Positions 9,513-19,042 of a stretch of 64,000 nt of DNA are shown here, piece by piece (position 1 is the first letter of the stretch; each line of letters opens with the position of its first letter). Under the pieces are notes generated by a model, which was not told the DNA's origin, did not search any database, and worked only from the letters and a program-made list of their open reading frames with translations. The position numbers and the translations under genes are program-made. The DNA lies in assembly GCA_964526195.1 (NCBI GenBank), contig CAZGIH010000013.1:5033-69032 (forward strand), written 5' to 3'. Source of the stretch: an uncultured Chromatiales bacterium. GTDB lineage: Bacteria > Pseudomonadota > Gammaproteobacteria > Poriferisulfidales > Poriferisulfidaceae.

Positions 9513-10181
9513 TGCCGCGCGGGCGATGTCGTCCGGCTGGCCGAGACGCTTCAGTGCCGTGCTATCGATAATGGCTTGGCGATCCCGGCCATCGGCCTCA
9601 TCCGGCCACAGGATCGCACCCGGCGCAATGCCATTGACGCGTACGTCTGGAGCGAGTTCCAGCGCCAAGGCGCGGGTCAGTCCGGCCAAGGCGGCTTGGC
9701 TGGTACTGTACGACAGGTAGCCGCGCAACGGGCGCATGGCGTAAATGTCCAAAAGGTTGATGATGCAGCCCTGCGTCTCGCGCAGGTATGGCGTTGCCGC
9801 TTCCGCCAGCAGCCATGGAGCCCGGACATTGACGGCCTGGATTTCTTCCCATTGCTCCGGGTTTGCCGGCGCCACCCCACCGGGATCGAACAGAGAGGCA
9901 TTGTTGATGAGTGCGTCCAGCCGTCCGAACGACTGCACGGCTGCCGCAATGATGGAAAATTCACTCTGCTCCTCGCGAAGGTCGGCGGTAACAAGAGCGA
10001 CCGAATCCGGGCGCTGTTCCTGCAGTTCTTCCGCCAGTTGCTGAGCCTCGACCACGGAGTGCTGGCAATGCAGCACGATATTGGCGCCGGCCTGGTGCAG
10101 ATGCCGTGCCATATGCGCGCCCAACCGGCGCGCAGAACCGGTAATCAGGATGGTTTGGCCGTCCAAAGAGGGAGGGGTCAT
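9429..10181 (-). CDS. short-chain dehydrogenase/reductase, pteridine reductase (FolM/PTR1)-like
   Basis: TGSARRLG Rossmann motif, YxxxK-type SDR core, and PTR1-like insertions. Start refined to MTPPSLDGQ; the track ORF extends to 10343. Confidence 0.65.
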   Translation of the reverse strand: MTPPSLDGQTILITGSARRLGAHMARHLHQAGANIVLHCQHSVVEAQQLAEELQEQRPDSVALVTADLREEQSEFSIIAAAVQSFGRLDALINNASLFDPGGVAPANPEQWEEIQAVNVRAPWLLAEAATPYLRETQGCIINLLDIYAMRPLRGYLSYSTSQAALAGLTRALALELAPDVRVNGIAPGAILWPDEADGRDRQAIIDSTALKRLGQPDDIARAALFLIRDAGYLTGEVLTVDGGRSLTPWT

Positions 10182-10230
10182 TTTCCTGTCTGTCCGCTCA
10201 TGTCCATGATAACGCGATAATAGCAGCGCC

Positions 10231-11367
10231 ATGGCTGTCATTTCCTCACCCGTGTCCGAATCAGAGATTCCCGTGGATGCCTTGCGCATGCGCTTGGCGG
10301 AACGAATCCGGCAGGAAGGTCCGCTGCGGTTCGACCAGTACATGGAGCAGGCACTGTATGCTCCGGAATACGGGTACTACGAACGGGCGCACCCCATATT
10401 CGGCACGTCCGGGGATTTTGTTACTGCACCGGGGTTGGGAGATCTTCTCGCCCGCTGCGTGGCGCGTTTCTGCGATTTTTCCCGTGAAGAACTGGGCAAT
10501 GGAGCGATTGCGGAGTACGGGCCCGGTGATGGTAGATTGGCGCGCGACGTGTTGGATGCACTGAAAGAACGACCGGACGATTATTGGTTGCTGGAGCGTT
10601 CGTCCGGATTGCGAAAGCGACAGGCCGAGACCTTGGACGGCCGGGGCACATCGCTGCGCTGGTCTGACAGGCTGCCCAAGGCATTCGAGGGGATCGTGCT
10701 GGCCAATGAATTTCTGGATGCTTTGCCGGCCCGTTGCTTTGAGGTGACCGACGAAGGCATTCGTGAGCGCATGGTTGCCGTTCAGGACGGAGATGAATTC
10801 TGTTGGGAACTTGGAACGTCAGCCAGCCCGGACTTGGACCGGTTAATTGCCGAACTTGAAGAGGCTCCTGCAGCCGGATATTGCTCGGAGTGGCGGTATG
10901 ACGCCCTGCGCGCGTGGCTGGATGAGTTGGATGAATCTCTGCAACGTGGCGTTGTGCTGATAATCGATTACGGCTATCCGCGCCGGGAGTATTACCATTC
11001 CCAGCGGGTCACCGGCACCTTGCGCTGCCATGCGGATCACCAAGTGCATTCGGACCCGTTTTGCCAGCCAGGACACGAAGACATCAGCGTGGACGTGGAT
11101 TTCACCGACGTGGCGGAACTGGCGGCGGAGCGAGGATTCGATATCCTGATGTTCACTTCGCAGGCCGGGTTTCTGCTGGAATACGGCTTGCTGGAGGCTG
11201 CCGACTCCTCGGCAGATGAAGCCACGTGGCTCGCGCAACGCGGACAGATTGAAACCCTGACGCATCCCGATCACATGGGTGAACGCTTCCGGGTACTGGC
11301 GCTGGGTCGCGATTTTCCGGTCGAGTTGCCGCATCGCGTTTGCCCGGATCATCGGAACCGACTCTAA
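10231..11367 (+). CDS. SAM-dependent methyltransferase, MidA/NDUFAF7 (COG1565, DUF185) family
   Basis: Conserved YYE/ YGYY motifs, FVTAPGLGD, and general family layout. Confidence 0.6.
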   Translation: MAVISSPVSESEIPVDALRMRLAERIRQEGPLRFDQYMEQALYAPEYGYYERAHPIFGTSGDFVTAPGLGDLLARCVARFCDFSREELGNGAIAEYGPGDGRLARDVLDALKERPDDYWLLERSSGLRKRQAETLDGRGTSLRWSDRLPKAFEGIVLANEFLDALPARCFEVTDEGIRERMVAVQDGDEFCWELGTSASPDLDRLIAELEEAPAAGYCSEWRYDALRAWLDELDESLQRGVVLIIDYGYPRREYYHSQRVTGTLRCHADHQVHSDPFCQPGHEDISVDVDFTDVAELAAERGFDILMFTSQAGFLLEYGLLEAADSSADEATWLAQRGQIETLTHPDHMGERFRVLALGRDFPVELPHRVCPDHRNRL

Positions 11368-12158
11368 TGAACTGGCTTGAAATCCTGGTTCTGGCATTGC
11401 TGCAGGGAGCGACGGAATTCCTGCCGATTTCCAGTTCCGCCCATTTGATCCTGGCTCCGGTGCTGCTCGGCTGGGAAGACCAGGGCCATGCGTTCGATGT
11501 TGCCGTGCACGTGGGCACTCTGCTTGCGATGTTGAGCTATTTCCGCCGAGAACTTGGGGCCATGTTGCGTGCCGTGGTGGCTGGAGAAGCCCCGGAATCG
11601 GAATCCGCACGTTACCTGGCCGCTTGGTTGGTTGTTGCGACGATTCCGGTCGTGATCGTCGGCGCGGCAATGTTTAGCGTGGTGTCGACTGATCTGCGCG
11701 AAGTGCAGCTCATCGCCTGGACGACGCTAGGATTCGGTATCTTGCTGTGGGTTGCAGACGCTCAAGGCTCCCGGGCACGAACCGAGGAGCAGTTGCGCTG
11801 GAGCGATGCCGTATGGATCGGGTCCGCGCAGTGCCTGGCACTGGTGCCGGGAGTGTCGCGGGCCGGCATCGTGATGACGGCGGCTTTGGCTCTGGGTCTG
11901 CAGCGAACCGCTGCCGCACGAGTGGCTTTCCTTTTGGCAATTCCGACGATTGCCGCCGCCGGGACTTTATCCTTGCAAAAATCTTTGCACGTAACTCAAA
12001 CAGTGGATTGGGGGGCGTTAATCCTAGGTGCCTTGGTCGCGGGAATTTCCGCTTGGCTGTGCATCCACTTCTTCCTGCGCCTGATCGAGCGAATTGGGAT
12101 GATGCCGTTCGCGCTGTACCGGGTGGTGCTCGGCGGGCTTCTACTGGCTTTCCATTAA
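11367..12158 (+). CDS. uppP: undecaprenyl-diphosphate phosphatase
   Basis: [27 protein letters not shown] is the canonical BacA/UppP N-terminus. 8 TM. Confidence 0.9.
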   Translation: MNWLEILVLALLQGATEFLPISSSAHLILAPVLLGWEDQGHAFDVAVHVGTLLAMLSYFRRELGAMLRAVVAGEAPESESARYLAAWLVVATIPVVIVGAAMFSVVSTDLREVQLIAWTTLGFGILLWVADAQGSRARTEEQLRWSDAVWIGSAQCLALVPGVSRAGIVMTAALALGLQRTAAARVAFLLAIPTIAAAGTLSLQKSLHVTQTVDWGALILGALVAGISAWLCIHFFLRLIERIGMMPFALYRVVLGGLLLAFH

Positions 12159-13244
12159 GGCGGCGCGCACGGCTTCGAGCCGTGCCTCGTGAACTCGTTC
12201 GCGAACCGTCCTTTGATCGGCTTGCTGGACAGCAGACTTCTCGTCGCAACCTTGAAGGGCAACGCAGGCAGCGTGCACGCGCCGGTTTGTTTGCTCACAA
12301 TCCAGTTCGAGCACAGTGCTGAGAACGGCAGCGGCGGCACTGAAATCTTCGAGTTGTTGCGGTCGTCTCACGGCATCGAGGGATTCAAGCAGGGCCAACA
12401 CGGCCGAAGAGTCATTGGAATCCAGATTGGACCAGGTGGAGAAATGCCGGTGAAGCAGCCGGGCGGATTGGGCGAGCCTGCGTGGTGCACGAATGGTTTG
12501 ACACCAGATGTCGACATCGCGGCTGTGCCAGGAGAGACAGGCGAAGCGCACGGGCAATGGCGACTGTGCCGCAGCCGACTCGCGCAAAGTCTGTTCGATG
12601 GCCGCCGTGTCGGGCAGCTGCGGGAAAATTGCGGGCCAAGCGCCGCAGGCGGCGAGAGCGGCAACAAACACTTCGGGGGCGGATTCCATCAGGGCGCGCT
12701 GAAGTTCCAGGAATACCCGCTCTGGAGTCAGAGTATCCACCTCTCCGGTTTCCGCGATGGCGCGCATCCGCTCAAGGGTTTCATCGGCGATCTGGAACCC
12801 AAGCCCATGGAAACGGGACGCAAAGCGCGCAACCCGCAGCACGCGCACCGGATCCTCGTCGAAAGCGGGAGAGACGTGGCGCAGGATCTTGGCTTCCAGG
12901 TCGCGTTGCCCGCCGTACGGGTCGATCAACTCCCCGGCCTCGTTCTGGGCCATCGCATTGATAGTCAAATCCCGACGGCGCAGGTCTTCCTCTAGCGAGA
13001 CCTCCGGGCTGGCATGAAATGAAAACCCGTGATAACCGCGACCGGTCTTGCGTTCCGTGCGCGCCAGCGCATATTCTTCCTGAGTCTCTGGATGCAGAAA
13101 GACCGGGAAATCCCGCCCGATCGGGCGGTAGCCGAGTTCGAGAAGTTGTTCCGGACATGCGCCGACCACCACCCAGTCGCGTTCCGAGACCGGGAGCCCC
13201 AGCAATTCATCACGTACTGCGCCGCCTACCAGATACTTTTGCAT
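12141..13244 (-). CDS. cca: multifunctional CCA tRNA nucleotidyltransferase
   Basis: [16 protein letters not shown]... polymerase beta-like head plus C-terminal HD domain. Confidence 0.85.
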   Translation of the reverse strand: MQKYLVGGAVRDELLGLPVSERDWVVVGACPEQLLELGYRPIGRDFPVFLHPETQEEYALARTERKTGRGYHGFSFHASPEVSLEEDLRRRDLTINAMAQNEAGELIDPYGGQRDLEAKILRHVSPAFDEDPVRVLRVARFASRFHGLGFQIADETLERMRAIAETGEVDTLTPERVFLELQRALMESAPEVFVAALAACGAWPAIFPQLPDTAAIEQTLRESAAAQSPLPVRFACLSWHSRDVDIWCQTIRAPRRLAQSARLLHRHFSTWSNLDSNDSSAVLALLESLDAVRRPQQLEDFSAAAAVLSTVLELDCEQTNRRVHAACVALQGCDEKSAVQQADQRTVRERVHEARLEAVRAALMESQ

Positions 13245-13436
13245 GATCCCAGTGTACAGCCCTCGGCCAAGCCTGCCGGTACAATGAGCCGGGACGGAAT
13301 TACCGTCGACTCGTGACCATTGAAAGTCCGCTATAGATTGGCGCCGGAACCTCCGACTGAGAAGCAGGATGTAATCTGCAGTTGTCTCTCGTCGGAGGGT
13401 TTCAGGCGCTTTAACAACTAAATTCGATTTGGATTT

Positions 13437-13754
13437 TCACTCATCGTGCCGGGCCATCGCATCCTTGGCGATTTGGTTGCCATAGAACTCTCGAATGGAT
13501 TCGACCGACTCGGGGCGATTGGCGCCGGAGCCGACCAAGCAGACATTGTTCAAGTCACAGCCCCACAGGATGTAGGCCGTAAAATTCTTCAGGTCGTCCG
13601 GGAATTGATCCTGATGCGGAACTCCGGAAGGTTCCACCTTGTCGCCCGGAACTTCACGCTTAATGCGCGCAAGTTCTTCTTGCAAATCCTTGACGTCCTT
13701 GCCATCCCATTGTCCGACCACGGCACCGGAACGGGAAACGATATCATCCGACAT
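13437..13754 (-). CDS. hypothetical protein (105 aa), divergent from chrA
   Basis: Clean ORF with no overlapping alternative. No family recognised by eye. Confidence 0.4.
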   Translation of the reverse strand: MSDDIVSRSGAVVGQWDGKDVKDLQEELARIKREVPGDKVEPSGVPHQDQFPDDLKNFTAYILWGCDLNNVCLVGSGANRPESVESIREFYGNQIAKDAMARHDE

Positions 13755-13768
13755 GGATACCTCCTGTA

Positions 13769-15124
13769 TTGTTTGGGTATCGGAAGTCTAGTTTGCAACA
13801 AATGACCGAGTCACACAAGACCATGCCGACCTCGCTCAGCCTGTGGCAGGCCATGCGTTACTGGCTGCGTTTGGGACTGGTCAGTTTCGGTGGTCCGGGC
13901 GGTGCGATCGGGATTATGCACCTGGAGCTGGTGGAGCGGCTACGCTGGATTTCCGAGCACCGGTTCCTCCACGCCCTCAACTACACCATGGTGCTGCCGG
14001 GCCCGGAGGCGCAACAGTTGGCCACCTACATCGGTTGGCTGCTGCATGGAAGGCTGGGTGGGCTGATCGCCGGCATCCTGTTCGTGGCTCCTTCGCTACT
14101 TATGATCGTGGTACTGGCCTGGCTGTATTTGGCGTTCGGAGACATCGAATGGGTGGCTGCCTCGCTGTATGGGGTCAAGCCAGCAGTGACGGCGGTGATT
14201 TTGTACGCGATTTGGCGGATCGGACGGCGTGTCATGCGCAATGCCCTGCTTTGGGCGGTGATGCTCGCGGCGTTTGCCGGGCTGTACGTGTTCCATCTTC
14301 CTTTTCCATTAATCATCATTTCCGCAGGAGTTCTGGGCTGGTTGGTGCATTGGGCCAAGCCCGCTTGGGTCGCGCCGTCCGATCCTCAAACTGCAACGGT
14401 GGACGAAGACAATTTCGCATCCGCACTTTCAATCACCCGACGCGGAGTCCTGTGGCTGTGTGTGGCCGGGGCCGGTTTGTGGGCTGGAGTGTATGTGATT
14501 GCCCATTTAATTGACGACAGCGGCACACTGACGGACATGTCGCTGTTTTTCAGCAAGGCCGCTGTCCTGTCTTTCGGTGGTGCCTACGCGGTTCTTCCTT
14601 ACGTGTACCAAAGCGCGGTGGAGCATTTCCAGTGGATTACGGCCGCTCAGATGATCGACGGGCTTGCGTTGCGGGAACTGATTCCCGGCCCGCTGGTGAT
14701 GATCACCTCCTTTGTTGGCTTCATCGGAGGGTGGGAAGGGCAGTTGCTGGGCCCGGATCAAATGGTGGAAGCCGGGATCTTGGCTGCTGCGATCGCGGCG
14801 TGGTATACGTTCCTGCCTTCGTTCCTGTTCATTTTCATCGGTGCGCCTTATATCGAGCAGACGCGCCACCGTCCCGCCTTCACCGCTCCGCTGACCGCAA
14901 TCACTGCGGCCGTCGTCGGCGTCATGCTGAATCTGGCGGTAATGTTCGCGGGGCATGTCATTTGGACGCATGGCTGGGAGGCTCCACCCGACTTCAACAT
15001 GGTGCTGATGACCGGGTTGGCGCTGCTGGCTCTCTCCGCCGGACGGGTCCCGGTGGTGCCGGTAATGGTGACTTGTGCGTTGACCGGAATCCTGCTGACT
15101 GAACTGGGCTCCATGGCCAGCTAG
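13769..15124 (+). CDS. chrA: chromate ion transporter ChrA (long, duplicated-domain form)
   Basis: LGLVSFGGPGGAIGIMHLELVERLRWISE and the repeated CHR domain. About 12 TM. Start may be an internal Met near 13800-13820. Confidence 0.85.
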   Translation: MFGYRKSSLQQMTESHKTMPTSLSLWQAMRYWLRLGLVSFGGPGGAIGIMHLELVERLRWISEHRFLHALNYTMVLPGPEAQQLATYIGWLLHGRLGGLIAGILFVAPSLLMIVVLAWLYLAFGDIEWVAASLYGVKPAVTAVILYAIWRIGRRVMRNALLWAVMLAAFAGLYVFHLPFPLIIISAGVLGWLVHWAKPAWVAPSDPQTATVDEDNFASALSITRRGVLWLCVAGAGLWAGVYVIAHLIDDSGTLTDMSLFFSKAAVLSFGGAYAVLPYVYQSAVEHFQWITAAQMIDGLALRELIPGPLVMITSFVGFIGGWEGQLLGPDQMVEAGILAAAIAAWYTFLPSFLFIFIGAPYIEQTRHRPAFTAPLTAITAAVVGVMLNLAVMFAGHVIWTHGWEAPPDFNMVLMTGLALLALSAGRVPVVPVMVTCALTGILLTELGSMAS

Positions 15125-15126
15125 GG

Positions 15127-15867
15127 TCAATCTTTAGATATCTTTCGATAGGTCGGGGTCAACGAGACTTCGTCTCCGTTGTGCAGGCGAGTGGTCGGTT
15201 CAGCGGATTGCTGGTTGACCGTGACAGTCAACCGCCTGGGGTCGATGGCCTCGTGCCAGTCGTCCCCACGCTGGCGCAGCCAGTACAAAAAGTCGGCAAC
15301 CGTTGCCGTTTCGCTGGGCAGGGCCACCTCCACCCACTCCATCTCCAATTCTTCGGCCAAGGCGCCGAACAGCAGGAGGGTGATGACGCGCTCTTCGCTT
15401 TCCGCGGGGGATTGTTTCCGTTGTTCGAGATCGGCTAGGTACTGCTGCCAGTTTTTTTGATGGTCTTGGCCCAGTTGGTAAAGGGATTCCCAAGAATAGA
15501 TCCCGGTGTCGTGGCCGTCGCTGAAATAGAGACGGACGGCATATGTCCCGTAAGGTTCAATGCGCTCAATGTTGACGCTCTGTTTGTCCGTGACCAAGTC
15601 GCCGCGGGCCCTTGCCGTTTTCACCTCGGCCGAGGGGGAAAAGATGCGCAGGTACTCGCAGGGGAGCACGAATTCGGCGCCGTCGTCGAAGCGGACATGG
15701 AGTTCGCGCGCCTGACGGTCGAGTCTCAGTTCTTCCGGGATTAGGGACATGGTCTCGCGCGAAGTAAGTTGGGGATACCGAGATTGTACCGGGGGCACAT
15801 CCGCGGGTTTTATGGTTCTGTTATTCAGGATCGGGTTCTTGGCGCTTCTTTCGTTGGCGCGGTTCAT
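15127..15867 (-). CDS. DUF971 (gamma-butyrobetaine-hydroxylase N-terminal-like) domain fused to MoaD/ThiS-like beta-grasp domain lacking C-terminal GlyGly
   Basis: N-terminal half resembles DUF971. C-terminal half aligns by eye with MoaD (…NGDEVSLTP) but ends YRKISKD, not GG. Probable start at MSLIPEEL near 15750. Confidence 0.45.
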   Translation of the reverse strand: MNRANERSAKNPILNNRTIKPADVPPVQSRYPQLTSRETMSLIPEELRLDRQARELHVRFDDGAEFVLPCEYLRIFSPSAEVKTARARGDLVTDKQSVNIERIEPYGTYAVRLYFSDGHDTGIYSWESLYQLGQDHQKNWQQYLADLEQRKQSPAESEERVITLLLFGALAEELEMEWVEVALPSETATVADFLYWLRQRGDDWHEAIDPRRLTVTVNQQSAEPTTRLHNGDEVSLTPTYRKISKD

Positions 15868-16279
15868 ATTCCGCGACTGCTGTCACGATGTCCTGCATGG
15901 GAATATCAGACACATTGCCGTAGCGCGCAAGTGAACGGTCCAGCAAGCCTGCGATGTCTTCGACATGGGCGGCGTTGTCAACCAGTTTGGTGAGGCCCAG
16001 CAGGCCACCTGCCTGAACCTTTGCCTCCAAGCGGTGGGGCAGGATGTCCACCGGACTAGGTTGCGACAGCGCGAAACACGATGCTTGGCGCAGGGCACGG
16101 AGCCAGTCGGCACAGTTCTGGTGCGCTTCGGGGTGAGTGCAGCCGACGCCTTCCCGGTCTGCCAGATTGAATCGCCGCATGTGGCGACAGGTGCAGACCC
16201 GGGCGTTGATCGTCTTTTCGAAATGACACCGTCGCTCGTTGACCGAGTGGTAGGTATCCCGGTACTGGACCTCATCCAT
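15821..16279 (-). CDS. Cys/His-rich hypothetical protein (putative metal or Fe-S binding)
   Basis: N-terminus has C-x-H...C-x-C-x-H...C...H...C spacing. Same strand as, and just upstream of, the DUF971-MoaD gene. Confidence 0.4.
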   Translation of the reverse strand: MDEVQYRDTYHSVNERRCHFEKTINARVCTCRHMRRFNLADREGVGCTHPEAHQNCADWLRALRQASCFALSQPSPVDILPHRLEAKVQAGGLLGLTKLVDNAAHVEDIAGLLDRSLARYGNVSDIPMQDIVTAVAEYEPRQRKKRQEPDPE

Positions 16280-16363
16280 GCACTTCTGTCAGGCAGATTG
16301 CGGACAAATTTGTCAAATAATAAGGTATTTCAATTCTTTAAGATTTCCGCGACCGGAACACTC

Positions 16364-16600
16364 TTATTTCTCCCATTCCTGCAGGATTGGAGCTTCGCGC
16401 CGTTGTCGCAGCAGACCCTCGGCCAGTTCCTGGGATTCCGCGAAGACCACGCGGACTGTTTCCGGTCCCGCATCAGGTTGTTTCGCCCGTTCTTCCCGGG
16501 CAAGCGTGCGTGCGTCTCGGTAGTTTTCGAAGACCTGCAAAAAATTGATTACTCGGCTTTCCGGGTTGGCGCCTTCGACCTGAAAAACGAAATAAGGCAT
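16364..16600 (-). CDS. small hypothetical protein (78 aa), possible dimeric alpha/beta-barrel type
   Basis: Internal ATG at 16600 gives an ORF that does not overlap rpiA. The longer track ORF (to 17011) is antisense to rpiA and likely spurious. Confidence 0.35.
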   Translation of the reverse strand: MPYFVFQVEGANPESRVINFLQVFENYRDARTLAREERAKQPDAGPETVRVVFAESQELAEGLLRQRREAPILQEWEK

Positions 16601-16648
16601 GACGTTGCCAATGTTAAACTTTGAAGCCCAATTATAGGGACTCGCGGG

Positions 16649-17302
16649 ATGAGCGACGATAAGAAGAGAAAAGCGGCGGAAGCCGCGTTGGATTACATCC
16701 AACCGGGCGAAGTGCTGGGAGTCGGGACGGGTTCGACGGTCAATTTCTTCATCGACGCTCTGGCTTCCGTCAAAAGCAAGATCGATGCCGCCGTATCGTC
16801 GTCGCAGGCGAGCACCGAGCGACTGCGCCAAATGGGCATTCCGGTGGTGGATTTGAACACGGCCGGGCCCTTGCGCCTGTACGTGGACGGGGCTGATGAA
16901 GCGACTCGGCACCGCAGCCTTATCAAGGGCGGCGGCGGTGCGCTGACGGGTGAGAAAATCATCGCCGAGTGCAGCGAGACCTTCGTCTGCATCATTGACG
17001 ATGGCAAGCAAGTGGATCGTTTAGGCGCTTTCCCCTTGCCGGTCGAAGTCATTCCGATGGCACGTTCCATGGTGGCGCGCGAACTGGTCCAGCACGGCGG
17101 CATGCCGGAGTGGCGCGAAGGCTTCGTGACCGACCACGGCAACTGCATCTTGGATGTCCACAACCTCGAAATTCTGGATCCCCCGAAAATGGAAGATACC
17201 TTGAACGATATTCCCGGAGTGGTCACGGTCGGGTTATTCGCTCGGCGCGGCGCGGATGTGCTGCTGATCGGGACCGACCAAGGCGTGGAGTCGCTGTCGT
17301 GA
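16649..17302 (+). CDS. rpiA: ribose-5-phosphate isomerase A
   Basis: [13 protein letters not shown] and KGGGGAL motifs. Confidence 0.9.
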   Translation: MSDDKKRKAAEAALDYIQPGEVLGVGTGSTVNFFIDALASVKSKIDAAVSSSQASTERLRQMGIPVVDLNTAGPLRLYVDGADEATRHRSLIKGGGGALTGEKIIAECSETFVCIIDDGKQVDRLGAFPLPVEVIPMARSMVARELVQHGGMPEWREGFVTDHGNCILDVHNLEILDPPKMEDTLNDIPGVVTVGLFARRGADVLLIGTDQGVESLS

Positions 17303-18069
17303 GCGGCCCGCTGGTTTGCGAAAACGGTTTTCGCCGGCGGGCCTGCGCCGGCGAAGTGCTGGTTGGCACGATCGTCAGCCTCAACAGTCCTCAGGCCGCA
17401 GAGATCTTGAGTGATACCGGATTTGACTGGCTGTTCATCGATGCCGAGCATGGTACGCACGACCCGCTTGCCGTCGAATCCCTGATTCAGGCGACGGGAG
17501 ACCGGACACCTTGCCTGGTTCGAATCCCGGTGCACGAGGAGACTTGGATTGAGAAGATGTTGGACGTCGGGGCGAGCGGAATCATTGCGCCTCAGGTCAA
17601 CACGGTTGCGCAGGCGGAGCAGGTCGTCAATTACGCCAAGTACCCGCCCCAGGGCGAGCGAGGCGTCGGTATCGCTCGTGCGCACCGTTATGGGGCGGAA
17701 TTCGAAACTTATCTGGCTCAGGCAAACGATTCACTGTTGACGGTGATCCAGATCGAACATAAGGACGCAGTGGAAAACGTCCGGGATCTGGCTGCCGTGG
17801 AGGGGGTGGACGTACTGTTCATCGGGCCCTACGACCTGTCTACAAGCATGGGCATCCCGGGCCAGGTGCACGACCCGGCGGTGGAGGAAGCGATTGCCAA
17901 AGTTTTGGAAGTCTGCCAGGAGGTAGGCAAGATTCCGGGTATTTTCGGGATTGCGCCGGACGTGGTGTCCCAATACATTGACATGGGATTCACCCTGGTG
18001 GGGATCGGAGTGGACACCCTGTTTCTGTCGCAGGCGGCGTCAGAAGCGCTCAAAGGAGTCCGCTCGTGA
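17299..18069 (+). CDS. HpcH/HpaI family aldolase (2-keto-3-deoxy-sugar-acid / 2,4-dihydroxyhept-2-enedioate aldolase-like)
   Basis: TIM-barrel HpcH motifs (FIDAEHG, IQIEH, FIGPYDL). GTG start overlaps the rpiA stop. Track ORF from 17110 is an out-of-context extension. Confidence 0.7.
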   Translation: MSGPLVCENGFRRRACAGEVLVGTIVSLNSPQAAEILSDTGFDWLFIDAEHGTHDPLAVESLIQATGDRTPCLVRIPVHEETWIEKMLDVGASGIIAPQVNTVAQAEQVVNYAKYPPQGERGVGIARAHRYGAEFETYLAQANDSLLTVIQIEHKDAVENVRDLAAVEGVDVLFIGPYDLSTSMGIPGQVHDPAVEEAIAKVLEVCQEVGKIPGIFGIAPDVVSQYIDMGFTLVGIGVDTLFLSQAASEALKGVRS

Positions 18070-18620
18070 GTCTTAAACACACTCCGGTCTGCGATTTTGG
18101 CCTGCCGGCAATTGATTTCACCCTGCCCGGGGTTGACGGTCGCGAATGGTCACTGGATGAATGCTGTGGCGAAGCCGGGACCTTGGTGATGTTCATTTGC
18201 AATCACTGCCCGTACGTGAAGGCGGTGCGAGAACGAATCGTACGAGATGCGGGCGAATTGCGTGCACATGGCATTCAGTCGGTGGCCATCATGGCGAATG
18301 ACCCCACCGATTATCCGGAAGACTCGTTCGACAACATGATCGCGGTTGCACGCGAATACGATTTTCCGTTTCCTTATCTTCTGGACGAGTCGCAACAGGT
18401 CGCGCAGGCCTATGGCGCGGTGTGTACGCCCGATTTCTTCGGGTACAACGCCGAGTTGAAATTGCAATACCGTGGACGTCTGGACGAAAGCGGCATGCAC
18501 CCGGTTCCAGACGTACGGCGGGATTTGTTCGAGGCGATGGTCCAAGTCGCGAAGACCGGTGAAGGACCAAGCGAGCAGGTTCCCAGCATGGGCTGTTCGA
18601 TCAAGTGGCGCAGACCGTAG
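18066..18620 (+). CDS. thioredoxin-fold protein with CxxC (AhpC/TSA-redoxin-like)
   Basis: FICNHCPYV redox motif. Start overlaps the aldolase stop. Confidence 0.6.
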   Translation: MSLKHTPVCDFGLPAIDFTLPGVDGREWSLDECCGEAGTLVMFICNHCPYVKAVRERIVRDAGELRAHGIQSVAIMANDPTDYPEDSFDNMIAVAREYDFPFPYLLDESQQVAQAYGAVCTPDFFGYNAELKLQYRGRLDESGMHPVPDVRRDLFEAMVQVAKTGEGPSEQVPSMGCSIKWRRP

Positions 18621-18645
18621 GCCGCACTTCAGCGAAGGTGCGCCG

Positions 18646-19026
18646 ATGAAACGCTTCTTGCTGTTTGTCCTGTTTGCATCGCTGTGGCTGCCTCTCGCTA
18701 TTTTTTTAATCTACGTTCTTTTCTTGATAATGGCTCAGGTGGTTGAAACTCCTAGACCTGTGCAACTGCGGCCATGGCTGGATTTTGCCGTGCTGTCGCC
18801 TTTCGGTTTCCCTCTGGCATTGGCTTGCCGCGCATTGCGGCGCGGGGGACATGTCGTGTCGGCCTGGGTCGCGTTCATCGTGTTGGCGCCTGCGACAGTT
18901 TGGGCGGTTTTGATTGGCGGATTGTTCGGACCCTTGGGCATCGCGATCTACGCGATCGTTTTCAGTTTTCCGGCTTGGGCGGTCTACGGGTTTTTCCGCC
19001 ACCGGGCGAAGAGCCGGCCAGCCTGA
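18646..19026 (+). CDS. small integral membrane protein, hypothetical
   Basis: MKRFLLFVLFASLWLPLAIFLIYVLFLI plus two further hydrophobic helices. Start refined from the track ORF 18472. Confidence 0.45.
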   Translation: MKRFLLFVLFASLWLPLAIFLIYVLFLIMAQVVETPRPVQLRPWLDFAVLSPFGFPLALACRALRRGGHVVSAWVAFIVLAPATVWAVLIGGLFGPLGIAIYAIVFSFPAWAVYGFFRHRAKSRPA

Positions 19027-19042
19027 GTTGTATGGGTGCCCC

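Noticed and set aside
15127-15170. Possible frameshift hiding a MoaD GlyGly terminus
   Set aside because: I translated the other two frames around the stop and neither yields a GG-terminated extension. The non-GG ending is therefore reported as real, not as a sequencing artefact.
16693-17685. 330-aa minus-strand ORF, and the long form of the 16364-17011 ORF
   Set aside because: Both run antisense through rpiA and the HpcH aldolase. Only the non-overlapping 78-aa tail (16364-16600) was retained, as a low-confidence gene.
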